Origin: an uncultured Porphyromonadaceae bacterium
Lineage (GTDB): Bacteria > Bacteroidota > Bacteroidia > Bacteroidales > Muribaculaceae
Reading direction: 5' to 3'
Length of the DNA stretch: 64,000 nt
NCBI GenBank assembly: GCA_937911575.1
Contig: CALDPR010000032.1
Span: forward strand, 112,709 to 176,708
Part shown: piece after piece, positions 48,725 to 58,484 of the stretch
Layout: each line of letters starts with the position of its first letter
How positions within the stretch are numbered: the stretch's first letter is position 1
Program-made: the position numbers and the translations under genes
Notes under the pieces: generated by a model
Told to the model about the DNA's origin: nothing
What the model saw: the letters and a program-made list of their open reading frames with translations, nothing else
The model's database searches: none

Positions 48725-49861
48725 ATGAAACATTTTCGTTCACTTATATTTATAATAGTTGCAATAGCAGTCGGAATTGGGGCTTTAGCACAAGTTGAAT
48801 CCGGCAGTGGAGTAGTTCGTAAAAGAGACCGAAACAAGCGAAATCAAACTGAAAACAACGGGACTCCCCAAGTTACAGAAAGAATGCAATCATTCTATGA
48901 AGTGGAAGAACCTCATGATGCTGATCTTGCATATATGCGTCAAATATATCGACAGTTAGATTTGACTAAAAATGCTAATGCACCATTATATTTCCCGGAG
49001 GATATTATAGATGGTCAAGAAAACCTCTTTCGCATCATAATGCGTCTTGTCGTATCGGGAGAGATTCCTGCATATGAATATCTTGATGGTAGAGAGGTGT
49101 TTACGGATCAGTATAAAATCAAAGTGGGTGAAATGCTCGATAGATTTAGCATTTATTATACCGAAGGGCGTGGCTCAACTGAAAAAAATCCAAAATATGT
49201 AATAGAAGAGGCCGATGTCCCGACAAATGAGGTGTTAAACTACTATATTATTGAAAAATGGGAGTTTGATCGTCGGTCAAATCAAATGAAGACTCGTGTA
49301 GAAGCAATCTGTCCGGTTCTAAATCGTTCAGGCGATTTTGGTGGAGAAGCGAAATATCCAATGTTTTGGGTAAAGTTTGAATCTCTCAGACCTTATCTTG
49401 CTCAACAATATATTTTCATATCTGATGATAACAATTTGCCTCAGTATAGTATAGATGATTTCTTTAATATAGGAATGTATGAAGGAGAAATTTATAAAAC
49501 ACGCAATCTTCGCAATTTATCGATGGTGCAAATGTATCCTGATCCTGATGACTTGAAGAGGGCTCAAGATAGTATTGACAATCGACTTCGAACATTTGAT
49601 GATCATCTATGGGTTCCTACTCGAGAAGAGTTCCTTGCACAGAAAGAGGCTGAAGCATTGGCAACAGAAGCAAATGATTCCACTGAGGTGAGTGAACGTG
49701 AAGATACTCAAGTTGCTTCAAGTGGTTCTACAACAGTAAACAATCCGGAACCACGCAATAAACGTTCAGAAAAGAAAAAGAAGAAAAAAACAAAAGTATC
49801 GAATAGTAGTAGCAGTAGTAATTCGGGAGCAACACGTTCGGTTAGACGTAGAAAAAAATAA
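48725..49861 (+). CDS. porN: T9SS ring protein PorN/GldN, with a Lys/Ser-rich tail
   Basis: Signal peptide, operon position after porM. ..APLYFPEDIIDGQENLF... Confidence 0.85.
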   Translation: MKHFRSLIFIIVAIAVGIGALAQVESGSGVVRKRDRNKRNQTENNGTPQVTERMQSFYEVEEPHDADLAYMRQIYRQLDLTKNANAPLYFPEDIIDGQENLFRIIMRLVVSGEIPAYEYLDGREVFTDQYKIKVGEMLDRFSIYYTEGRGSTEKNPKYVIEEADVPTNEVLNYYIIEKWEFDRRSNQMKTRVEAICPVLNRSGDFGGEAKYPMFWVKFESLRPYLAQQYIFISDDNNLPQYSIDDFFNIGMYEGEIYKTRNLRNLSMVQMYPDPDDLKRAQDSIDNRLRTFDDHLWVPTREEFLAQKEAEALATEANDSTEVSEREDTQVASSGSTTVNNPEPRNKRSEKKKKKKTKVSNSSSSSNSGATRSVRRRKK

Positions 49862-49872
49862 AATCTAATCTA

Positions 49873-49902
49873 AAAAAAGAATCCTTGAGGATTCTTTTTT
49901 TA
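49873..49902. terminator. terminator after porN
   Basis: GAATCC / GGATTC core stem, extendable, with an A-run before and T7 after. Confidence 0.7.
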
Positions 49903-49965
49903 TTTGTGATTGACAATGTATTTATAAAAAACAAAACTGCAGTTAGAGATGCCTTATGGGTTGGC

Positions 49966-50011
49966 ATAAAAAAACAAGACCGTTTCTTTTTGAGAAACGG
50001 TCTGTTTTTTT
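49966..50011. terminator. terminator after rpsO (minus strand), bidirectional architecture
   Basis: AGACCGTTTCT / AGAAACGGTCT 11-bp stem flanked by an A-run and a T-run. Confidence 0.8.
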
Positions 50012-50025
50012 CTTCGCTAAAAAAA

Positions 50026-50301
50026 TTACTTGCGAATACCAAGTTCTTTTTTAGAGATGATAGCACGGTAACGGTTGATGTCTTTACGAATCAAATAGTC
50101 AAGAAGACTACGACGACGACCTACCAATGCTTTCAACGCGCGAGCTGTAGTATGATCTTTGTGATTTGACTTTAAGTGTTCAGTCAAATGAGCAATACGG
50201 ATAGAGAACAATGCTATCTGTGCTTCAGGAGAACCAGTATCAGTCTTACTTTTACCGTATTTCTCAAAGATCGCTTGCTTTTCTTCTGTGCTTAAGTGCA
50301 T
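50026..50301 (-). CDS. rpsO: 30S ribosomal protein S15
   Basis: ..TGSPEAQIALFSIRIAHLTEHLKSNHKDHTTARALKALVGRRRSLLDYL.. Confidence 0.96.
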   Translation of the reverse strand: MHLSTEEKQAIFEKYGKSKTDTGSPEAQIALFSIRIAHLTEHLKSNHKDHTTARALKALVGRRRSLLDYLIRKDINRYRAIISKKELGIRK

Positions 50302-50392
50302 TTTGAAAAAATTTAATGTTAATAAAATAGTTTACTTTACTTTGAAAAAGACCAATTCCTATATTCGGAATTCGATGCTTTCGTCAAAAAGC
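50302..50392 (-). promoter_or_regulatory. about 90-nt rpsO 5' leader with two hairpins (candidate S15 autoregulatory leader)
   Basis: Minus-strand stems GCTTT-ttgacg-AAAGC and AATTCC-gaatata-GGAATT. GCATCG occurs as a direct repeat. Confidence 0.3.
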
Positions 50393-50396
50393 GATG

Positions 50397-50404
50397 CAAA
50401 GTTA
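50397..50404 (-). promoter_or_regulatory. -7 box (TAACTTTG) for rpsO
   Basis: Plus strand reads CAAAGTTA. Confidence 0.55.
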
Positions 50405-50634
50405 CTGCTTTTTTTTCAATATAGCAAATATTTTTTCTCTTTTGAAAAAAATAGCAGATTAAACAAGCAAGTGCGAAATTAAATAAAAGGATTGAAGAAA
50501 TCATATTCAGGATTGTTAAAATATAGTTGGTATATTCCATGGTGAGTCTCCTTTCAGTTTATAAGACTATATTCAGTAACGATGTGTAAATTAAAAAAAT
50601 AATTACTTTATTTGATATTTCACTGAGGATATAT

Positions 50635-50642
50635 TAACTTTG
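50635..50642 (+). promoter_or_regulatory. -7 box (TAACTTTG) for the OMP-transporter operon
   Basis: TAnnTTTG match 52 nt upstream of ATG 50694. Confidence 0.5.
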
Positions 50643-50693
50643 TAGAACGAAAAAGCATATTTAATAAATAATAAAGTTAAATAACACAAGCAT

Positions 50694-51320
50694 ATGAAAA
50701 AATTAATACTTTCGTTTATGTTAGTAGTCATATCACTGATTGCTAATGCTCAATTTAATATTGATAATCCGGATAATCGTGCATATTTTGGAGCGAGACT
50801 GTCTCTTGATATTAGTAATCTTAGCACTAATCCTGATATGTATTCAGCAGGAGCCGGTTTCTCGGTTGGTGCAATATATCAAGTGCCTATTTTTATGAAC
50901 TTATATGTTGAACCCGGTTTAAGTTTGTATTATAATACTTATGGTGCTGATATTGATACTTATCTTGTTTCAACGAGTAGTAAGGTTAAAAATTTTGGAA
51001 TAAAAATTCCGATCAATGTAGGTTATCATATTGATTTTGAGAAATTTAATATCGGGGTTTTCACCGGTCCGGCATTGCGTATAGGTTTTTTGTGTGAAGA
51101 ACATACAAAAGAGAAAATAGACAATCATACAATAAAGTCGGAATTTAATTTATATAGTGGACTTTATAATCGATGCGATTTGGCATGGGCAGTAGGAGCG
51201 AATGTCAATTTTAAACAATATTATTTTGGAATTAGTGGGGATTTTGGTTTGACACGACAAATAAAAGGGGTAAAAAGCAGTGTCAACACTTGTCAGTTTA
51301 CCCTTGGCTATAATTTTTAA
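50694..51320 (+). CDS. small outer-membrane beta-barrel protein
   Basis: Signal peptide ..LIANAQ, alternating strands, terminal ..FTLGYNF. Confidence 0.7.
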   Translation: MKKLILSFMLVVISLIANAQFNIDNPDNRAYFGARLSLDISNLSTNPDMYSAGAGFSVGAIYQVPIFMNLYVEPGLSLYYNTYGADIDTYLVSTSSKVKNFGIKIPINVGYHIDFEKFNIGVFTGPALRIGFLCEEHTKEKIDNHTIKSEFNLYSGLYNRCDLAWAVGANVNFKQYYFGISGDFGLTRQIKGVKSSVNTCQFTLGYNF

Positions 51321-51342
51321 GGTTTAAGAATAGAAGAAAACT

Positions 51343-52731
51343 ATGGCAGGAAGTGTAAAATTCGGTAGTAAATTAGCCCTCGTTTTAGCTACGGTTGGTT
51401 CAGCTGTCGGATTAGGTAATGTGTGGCGTTTTCCAAATGAGGTGCAAGAAAATGGAGGTGCCGCATTTTTAATTGTTTATATAGGTTGTATTCTCTTTAT
51501 GGGTATACCTGTGATGCTTGCTGAATTTTCTCTTGGAAGAGGAGTTGGGAGTGATTCTGTTGGAGCATTTAAGAAATTTACACCGAAATCAAAATGGTGG
51601 TTAGTGGGAGGATTAGGTATTTTAGCATCGTTTATGATTGCCGGATACTATATGGTGGTGGCAGGTTGGACAATTGAATATTTATGGATGTCGATCACCG
51701 GTTCGCTTTATGAAGGAATAATCACAGATAATAACGTAGCTACAGAATCACAGCAATGGTTTTCTCAAGTGCTTTCAAATTCTACAGAAGGTGTTTGGTC
51801 CCCAATTATTGCTACAATAATTATATTGTTGTTTAATATGTTTATACTTTTGCGAGGGGTAAAAAAGGGTATTGAAAAGATGACTAATATGCTCATGCCT
51901 CTTTTATTTATCTTGATGTTGGTTCTTTGTGTCGTGTCGTTGTCTTTGCCAAAAGCTGCAGATGGGATTGATTTCTTTTTGAATCCGGATTTTTCAAAGA
52001 TTAATCCTGACGTATTTATGAGTGCATTAGGACAAGCTTTTTTTTCTCTCTCATTAGGAATGGGAACATTGATAACATATGCTTCATATTTTCCGAAGAA
52101 AGATAATCTATCGACAACAGCTGTTTCTGTATCATTTTGTGATTTTGCGATAGCTCTTTTAATGGGATTTATTATTTTCCCGGCAGTTACATCATTCGGA
52201 TTAGCAGAGGATTCTGATGGATTACAAAGCGTAGCATTAGTATTTGTTACTCTTCCTGAAGTGTTTGTGCAAATGCCTTACACACAATTATGGTCTATAA
52301 TTTTTTTCCTATTATTATTTATTGCAGCAATGACATCAACGGTGTCAATCTTGGAAGTGTCAATTTTGTTCTTGCAAGAAAGGCTTAAATTTTCTCGCAA
52401 AAAAGCTGTGTTGACAGTTGTTTTTCCTCTATTTATAATAAGCCCTCTTTGTGCGTTATCTCAAGGGGCACTTTCGGAATTAACAATTTGTGGGTTAAAT
52501 ATTTTTGATTTTTTGGATACAGTTGCAACAAACTATATGCTTCCGATAGGAGCTTTGCTGACATGTGTATATGTCGGTTGGGTTATACCTGAAAAATTTG
52601 TAAAAGAAGAAATCACTAATAAAGGCAAAGTGGCAAAAAAAGTATATCCGATTGTGATTTTCTTAATTCGATATGTTGCACCATTATTGATTTTGTCAAT
52701 TTTTGTATATCAGATAATTACGCGATTATAA
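51343..52731 (+). CDS. sodium-dependent transporter, neurotransmitter:sodium symporter (SNF) family
   Basis: ..ATVGSAVGLGNVWRFP.., about 11-12 TM segments. Confidence 0.9.
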   Translation: MAGSVKFGSKLALVLATVGSAVGLGNVWRFPNEVQENGGAAFLIVYIGCILFMGIPVMLAEFSLGRGVGSDSVGAFKKFTPKSKWWLVGGLGILASFMIAGYYMVVAGWTIEYLWMSITGSLYEGIITDNNVATESQQWFSQVLSNSTEGVWSPIIATIIILLFNMFILLRGVKKGIEKMTNMLMPLLFILMLVLCVVSLSLPKAADGIDFFLNPDFSKINPDVFMSALGQAFFSLSLGMGTLITYASYFPKKDNLSTTAVSVSFCDFAIALLMGFIIFPAVTSFGLAEDSDGLQSVALVFVTLPEVFVQMPYTQLWSIIFFLLLFIAAMTSTVSILEVSILFLQERLKFSRKKAVLTVVFPLFIISPLCALSQGALSELTICGLNIFDFLDTVATNYMLPIGALLTCVYVGWVIPEKFVKEEITNKGKVAKKVYPIVIFLIRYVAPLLILSIFVYQIITRL

Positions 52732-52732
52732 A

Positions 52733-53038
52733 ATGTCGATCAGAAGTTTTTCAAAACAAGAAAGAAGAGGACTTATAAGGATATTTGTGCTTCTGCTTCT
52801 GATAATATGTATTGTAATATGGCAAGACAGAAAGGAGACACTGTCAAATAGCGTATTATATGAAGAATCAGACTCGTTCTATAAAGAAATCCAATTACGG
52901 CAAGAAATTATAGATGAACAATATGACTCATTAAATAAAATGCAGAAAAAATCATGCGATAAAAAGAGAGCCAAATCTAAGACGCACACAAAATATATAG
53001 AACGTAATCCAGTGAATCAGCCAATTTCAACAAAATAG
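52733..53038 (+). CDS. small membrane-anchored hypothetical protein
   Basis: ATG lies 1 nt after the transporter stop. One TM segment (LIRIFVLLLLIICIVIW), then a charged tail. Confidence 0.5.
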   Translation: MSIRSFSKQERRGLIRIFVLLLLIICIVIWQDRKETLSNSVLYEESDSFYKEIQLRQEIIDEQYDSLNKMQKKSCDKKRAKSKTHTKYIERNPVNQPISTK

Positions 53039-53057
53039 ACAAGGAAGTATAAAAGTG

Positions 53058-53102
53058 AACTGCACTCCAAAAGTATTTATGTCAAACTTATGGAGTGCAG
53101 TT
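53058..53102 (+). terminator. 12-bp perfect hairpin after the transporter operon (weak T-tract)
   Basis: AACTGCACTCCA / TGGAGTGCAGTT with a 21-nt loop, followed by TAGTGCTTTGG. Confidence 0.45.
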
Positions 53103-53537
53103 TAGTGCTTTGGTATAGCCTCTTGTTATATACATAAATAAATGTATGAAAGGTTACAGCGGAACTAAAAGTGCCGGGAGCCTCACATACAAGTTGATAA
53201 TAAAAAAGCAATCAACAAAGCGAAAATTATTAATAGTTTTTTCATTGAAAAATCCCTTCATGTCTGTTTATATTTTAACAAAAATATTCTTGGAAAGTTT
53301 TAGAATATTTACTGTAAAAATTGTGATTCGATTTTTGTGTATACAATTGATCAAATTGTTGAATTTGTCATATGACTAAATTTGATATCAGCAAAACAAC
53401 TAATTCAAGAATACAGTTGTTCAAATGAAAGACCGAAATAAATGAATTGTTGAAGATTAATATTTATGAGAGATATGAGTCTTATATCACAAAAAAGTTG
53501 TAAATTTACATCTCTTTAAGTATACGATTGAAAATTG

Positions 53538-56500
53538 ATGAATCAAAAAGAAGATAAACATAAAGAAAAAGAATCTATTCAACAGGCATCTAATGCTCAA
53601 TCTAAGGAGACTGTTGAAAAGAAGAATTCATGTCAGAGAAAAAAGAATTCAATGGTTCGAACCACATTAAGAATCATGCTTTGGATTTTTCTTCTTATTT
53701 TATCAATACCAATTTTAATCTATATTCCTCCAATTCAGATATTACTAAAAAATGTGGCATGTTCGGCTGTGTCAGATGCTACAGGCATGCATATTTCAAT
53801 CGAACGGTTTAGTTTGAAGTTTCCGTTAGATGTAGCTCTTGAAGAGGTTTTGGTTATTGAATCAACCGGCGACACAATGATAAAAGCTAAAGAGGCAATT
53901 GTTGATGTAAAACTGCGACCATTGTTGGATTTAGATGTTCAGTTAAGGACGTTGCAACTTAGAGAAGGGCTTTATAGAATGGTGAATGCAGATTCTTCAA
54001 TGATTCTGAAAGCAAAATTAGGATCTTTGATTGTTGAAGGTAATACAGGAATGAACTTGAACACCGGAGACATAAATTTAAGTAAAATAAAATTAAAAGA
54101 TGGACAAGTAAGCCTTTTTATGAATGTGTGGAAAGCAAAACAAGAGGATAAAGATTCCACATCAACACTTCCGTATAAAATAAAAGTAGATGATATTGAT
54201 ATTGAAAACTTAAGTTATGCAATGTCAATGTTGCCAACTATTGACACATTAAATGCATCACTCCAAAACTTGAGTTTAAAGAATGGAGTTATAGATTTAC
54301 GCAACAACAAAATTCATGCACAATTTATAGGGGCAAACGGAGGAGATATTAATTATATTGTTCCAACACAAGAATACATAGCTGCACACCCAGCCCCGAC
54401 TGATACATTGCCTAAACAAGCATCGGTGCCGATGATAATCAGAGGAGATAGTATTTCAATAACAGATATAAATGCAAAATATGCAGTGCAAGGAACTTCT
54501 CCAAACAAGGGATTTGACGCAAATTATATCGTTGTTAATGACTTTGGTATTGAAATCGAGGATTTCTATAATAGAGGAAATGAGTTGAGAGTGCCGATTC
54601 GACAAATGATATTAACAGAGCGTAGTGGATTAAAAGTGACGCAAACCAGTGGTGTTGTAGGTATTGATTCTCTTGGTATTGCGATTGATAAATTTCATTT
54701 ATCGACTGTTAACTCTCAAATAGATATAGATGGATATGTTTCATACGCCATGATGGCAATGGAAAAGTATTCACCGGTTCGAATTACATCTAAAGCAACT
54801 ATCGGATTCACTGATGTGATAATGTATATGCCGGCTATCTCTTCGCTATTAGTGGGAGTGCCCAAACATCGTCCTTTGGAAATGATTCTTAATGCAGAAG
54901 GTAATCTATCGTCGTTAGACATAAATGTTTTAAGTGTCTCCATTCCTGATTTTATGTCGTTGGCATGTAATGGATTTGCTAAGAACCTATACAATGTAGA
55001 TCAATTGGTGAGTGAAGTAGAAGTAGTAGGTAATATACAAAACACATCATATCTGTCGCATTTTATAGAAGGAAGTGGTGTTGAGGTCCCTTCTATGAGA
55101 ATAGTAGGGAATGCCTCTATTAATTCAGATAATTATCATGCAGACTTACAGGTGTTGACGCCTTCAGGAGAGATAACTTTTGATGGAGATCTAAGCCTCA
55201 ATTCAGAAGGCTATTTTGCAGATTTGGTTCTGACAGAAATGAATTTGGCTGCAATAATGCCGGATTTAGGGATTGGACTTTTATCATCACATATAAAGGC
55301 AGAGGGCAATGGTTTTGATATAATGAATCCGAAAACGACAACAAATATAACTGCTGAAATATCGCAATTAGAATATGGCGAGAGAATGTTTGGAAACATT
55401 GACGCTGAAATGTCGTTGAATGAAGGTCGAGTTATAGCAAATCTGATTTCGTATGATCCATATTGCGATTTTGATGTAACACTTGATGGCAGATTAAATG
55501 ATGACATGTATGAATTTGATGCTTCAGTTAATTTGCAAAATGTCGACCTGCAGGAATTGGGGTTTTCGGAAACGATGAATTCCGGTAGTGGACAATTAAA
55601 AATTATTGGTTGGGCTAAACCTGTGGAATGGTTATATCAAGTGGATTTGGAAATAGATAATTTCAACTGGAATTTGCCGGGACAATATATACATCTCCCT
55701 AATGGATTAAGAGCTAAATTAGATGCAGAAGAAGATAGAGTTAATTTAGATATCATGGCTCATTTATTAGAAATGCACTATAATAGTTCATGTAGGTTAG
55801 ATTCAATGTTGAATCAATTTTCTGTTGCTTCGGATTCTATATTGGCAGATATAGGGAGAAATCAATTAAATATAAAAAAGATTCAATCACAACTCCCAAA
55901 ATTCGATTTAATGCTTAATGCTTCAGGAAAAGGCCTATTAAAACAATTCCTTGCCGCTTCCGATGTGAGTATGGATTCGATTGTTGTGGGATTGAAGAAT
56001 CAAGATAAAATAATCGGAGGTTTAGGATTGTTTAAATTAAAATCGGGCAGCTTACGATTAGATACAATATCATTAGATTTATCAGAACGTGGACGACTTG
56101 TAGATTATCATCTTCATGTTGGCAATAGAAAAGGCACGCTTGATGAATTCGCAATGATAGATTTAAAAGGTTATTTTGGGGGTAATCGTGCATCTGCATC
56201 TCTGACTCAAAGAAATATAGAAGGGGATATAGGATACCGACTTGGGTTTACCGCTGCAATACAGGCCGATGCAATATCACTACACTTTACTCCTCTTGAA
56301 TCCACAATAGCGTATCTCCCATGGGTATTCAATGAAGATAATTATTTGCAATATAATCTTAATGGTCAAGTTGATGCAAACCTAATGGCTACAAGTGATG
56401 ATAGTCATATTAAATTATTGACTATTCAAGATGAAGATGGTAATAATGCATTGACTGTAAATGTGGCAAATTTGAAAATACAAGATTTCTTAAATCTTTC

Positions 56501-58484
56501 TGCTTTTGCTCCCCCTATAACCGGAAGTTTTAATTCCGACATGTTGTTGAAATATAAAAACAATGCAATATTAGGTTCCGGGATACTAAATATAGAGGAT
56601 ATGACCTATGATAGAATGAGACTTGGTACATTTGATTTTAATTTTAAAGCCGGATTGGATATGTCGGGCAATACAGGTGCTTTGTTGTCATTATTAGTCG
56701 ATGGAGAAGAAGTTATGACAGGGAAAGGATATATAATACATGATTCAATAGCTACACAATCTCGCTCTAAGATAGATCTAACTCTGAAAAAATTCCCACT
56801 GATATTAGCAAATCCATTTTTGGGTAAAGATGTCGCTGAATTAAAGGGGACTTTAAATGGAGAATTAGAGATGAATGGAGAATTGATTTCACCAAAACTA
56901 AATGGAGAAATATTCTTTGATCATGGGAGCATATACTTGCCTATTATGGGGACAACACTAAAATTAGACTCTATTCCTGTAGTAGTGAAAGATAATGTGA
57001 TTAATTTCCAAAATTATAATATTAAAGCTGCAAATGAAAATCCATTGATTGTCAATGGCAATATTGATGCTCGAAATCTATCTAAAATAGGAGTGGATAT
57101 TGATTTGTCTGCCAGAAATATGCAATTAGTCGGAACCACAAAAAAATCGAAAAGTGATATATATGGAAAATTGTTTGCGAATCTTACAGCATCAGCAAAA
57201 GGAGACTTAAGTACCCTAGATATAAACGCTAATTTGTCGGTGCTTTCATCTACAGATATATATTACACAATGCCAAATGCGGAATCTGTGATTGCTGAGC
57301 AAACTAATGGCGAAATAGTTAAATTTGTGGTTCTTGCAGATTCTGTCGATACTGCTCTGTCTGATTCTGTATCCTCCTTGATGAATATGAAAATTTCTGC
57401 AAATCTCAATATAATGCAAGGGGCAAAAGCAACCGTAAACCTATCAGCAAATGGAACAGATAAAGTAGAAATTCACCCATCGGGCAATCTGGTGTTTTCT
57501 CAAAACTATATGGGAGATATGCGACTAAACGGGCAATTAAATGTTCATGATGGATATGCTCGATATAATGTGCCGATTATGGGAGAAAAGAAATTTACAT
57601 TCCAACCAAATAGCTACATCTTGTGGAATGGAGATCTTATGAATCCGATGCTAAATTTCCATGCTGTTGATAAAGTGAAAACAAACGTCAAACAAGATAA
57701 TCAAAATTCTCGGGTTGTTAATTTTGATGTGTTATTATCTGTTACGAATACTCTCTCAAGTCCGAAAATTCTTTTTGATCTTTCGACAGAAGATGATATA
57801 AGCATACAAAATGAGCTTCAATCAATGAGTGTGGACCAGCGTTCGAATCAGGCGATGAATCTGCTTCTATATAATACCTATACCGGTTCTTCCGGAAATT
57901 CATCAGCGAATTTTTCTGCCGAAGGTCAGTTGTATTCGTTTCTTACTTCGCAACTTAATTCATGGGCGGCAAAAACTGTGCAAGGTGTGGATTTGTCATT
58001 TGGAATCGACCAGTATAATCAAACTATTGATGGACAAAATTCATCGTCAATGAGCTATTCATATCAAGTGTCGAAATCATTATTTGATAATAAATTTAAA
58101 ATTGTTGTAGGAGGTAATTATACGACAGACGCATCTGCCGATGAAAACTTTGCACAAAATTTAATATCTGACATTTCTTTTGAATACACTATAAAACAAA
58201 CCAGAAATTTAACTCTGTATGCAAAGCTATTCAGACATACAGGCTATGAAAGTATTCTTGAAGGAGAGATAACAGAAACCGGTGCAGGTCTTGTGATGAA
58301 GCGAAGATTGGATAATTTGAAATCGCTATTCAGATTCCGTCGTCCTAAAAGAAAAAATCAAGAAGTCGATTCCATACCGATTGATACAATCAGACTTGTA
58401 ATCCCTCAAACAACAAATCAAGTTGACTCATTAGACGGATTTGATGTTGAACCAATAAATGAAGGTTATGATGTGCTCAATTAA
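53538..58484 (+). CDS. tamB: translocation and assembly module protein TamB (DUF490/AsmA-like)
   Basis: About 1648 aa with one N-terminal TM anchor (MLWIFLLILSIPILIYIPPIQILL). Long beta-rich body. C-terminal DUF490-like region ..FKIVVGGNY...NLISDISFEY... Confidence 0.85.
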   Translation: MNQKEDKHKEKESIQQASNAQSKETVEKKNSCQRKKNSMVRTTLRIMLWIFLLILSIPILIYIPPIQILLKNVACSAVSDATGMHISIERFSLKFPLDVALEEVLVIESTGDTMIKAKEAIVDVKLRPLLDLDVQLRTLQLREGLYRMVNADSSMILKAKLGSLIVEGNTGMNLNTGDINLSKIKLKDGQVSLFMNVWKAKQEDKDSTSTLPYKIKVDDIDIENLSYAMSMLPTIDTLNASLQNLSLKNGVIDLRNNKIHAQFIGANGGDINYIVPTQEYIAAHPAPTDTLPKQASVPMIIRGDSISITDINAKYAVQGTSPNKGFDANYIVVNDFGIEIEDFYNRGNELRVPIRQMILTERSGLKVTQTSGVVGIDSLGIAIDKFHLSTVNSQIDIDGYVSYAMMAMEKYSPVRITSKATIGFTDVIMYMPAISSLLVGVPKHRPLEMILNAEGNLSSLDINVLSVSIPDFMSLACNGFAKNLYNVDQLVSEVEVVGNIQNTSYLSHFIEGSGVEVPSMRIVGNASINSDNYHADLQVLTPSGEITFDGDLSLNSEGYFADLVLTEMNLAAIMPDLGIGLLSSHIKAEGNGFDIMNPKTTTNITAEISQLEYGERMFGNIDAEMSLNEGRVIANLISYDPYCDFDVTLDGRLNDDMYEFDASVNLQNVDLQELGFSETMNSGSGQLKIIGWAKPVEWLYQVDLEIDNFNWNLPGQYIHLPNGLRAKLDAEEDRVNLDIMAHLLEMHYNSSCRLDSMLNQFSVASDSILADIGRNQLNIKKIQSQLPKFDLMLNASGKGLLKQFLAASDVSMDSIVVGLKNQDKIIGGLGLFKLKSGSLRLDTISLDLSERGRLVDYHLHVGNRKGTLDEFAMIDLKGYFGGNRASASLTQRNIEGDIGYRLGFTAAIQADAISLHFTPLESTIAYLPWVFNEDNYLQYNLNGQVDANLMATSDDSHIKLLTIQDEDGNNALTVNVANLKIQDFLNLSAFAPPITGSFNSDMLLKYKNNAILGSGILNIEDMTYDRMRLGTFDFNFKAGLDMSGNTGALLSLLVDGEEVMTGKGYIIHDSIATQSRSKIDLTLKKFPLILANPFLGKDVAELKGTLNGELEMNGELISPKLNGEIFFDHGSIYLPIMGTTLKLDSIPVVVKDNVINFQNYNIKAANENPLIVNGNIDARNLSKIGVDIDLSARNMQLVGTTKKSKSDIYGKLFANLTASAKGDLSTLDINANLSVLSSTDIYYTMPNAESVIAEQTNGEIVKFVVLADSVDTALSDSVSSLMNMKISANLNIMQGAKATVNLSANGTDKVEIHPSGNLVFSQNYMGDMRLNGQLNVHDGYARYNVPIMGEKKFTFQPNSYILWNGDLMNPMLNFHAVDKVKTNVKQDNQNSRVVNFDVLLSVTNTLSSPKILFDLSTEDDISIQNELQSMSVDQRSNQAMNLLLYNTYTGSSGNSSANFSAEGQLYSFLTSQLNSWAAKTVQGVDLSFGIDQYNQTIDGQNSSSMSYSYQVSKSLFDNKFKIVVGGNYTTDASADENFAQNLISDISFEYTIKQTRNLTLYAKLFRHTGYESILEGEITETGAGLVMKRRLDNLKSLFRFRRPKRKNQEVDSIPIDTIRLVIPQTTNQVDSLDGFDVEPINEGYDVLN

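Noticed and set aside
53146-53379. 77-aa ORF upstream of tamB.
   Set aside because: The translation is Lys/Ile/Phe-rich as expected from AT-rich non-coding DNA. It overlaps the palindrome cluster and has no promoter box.
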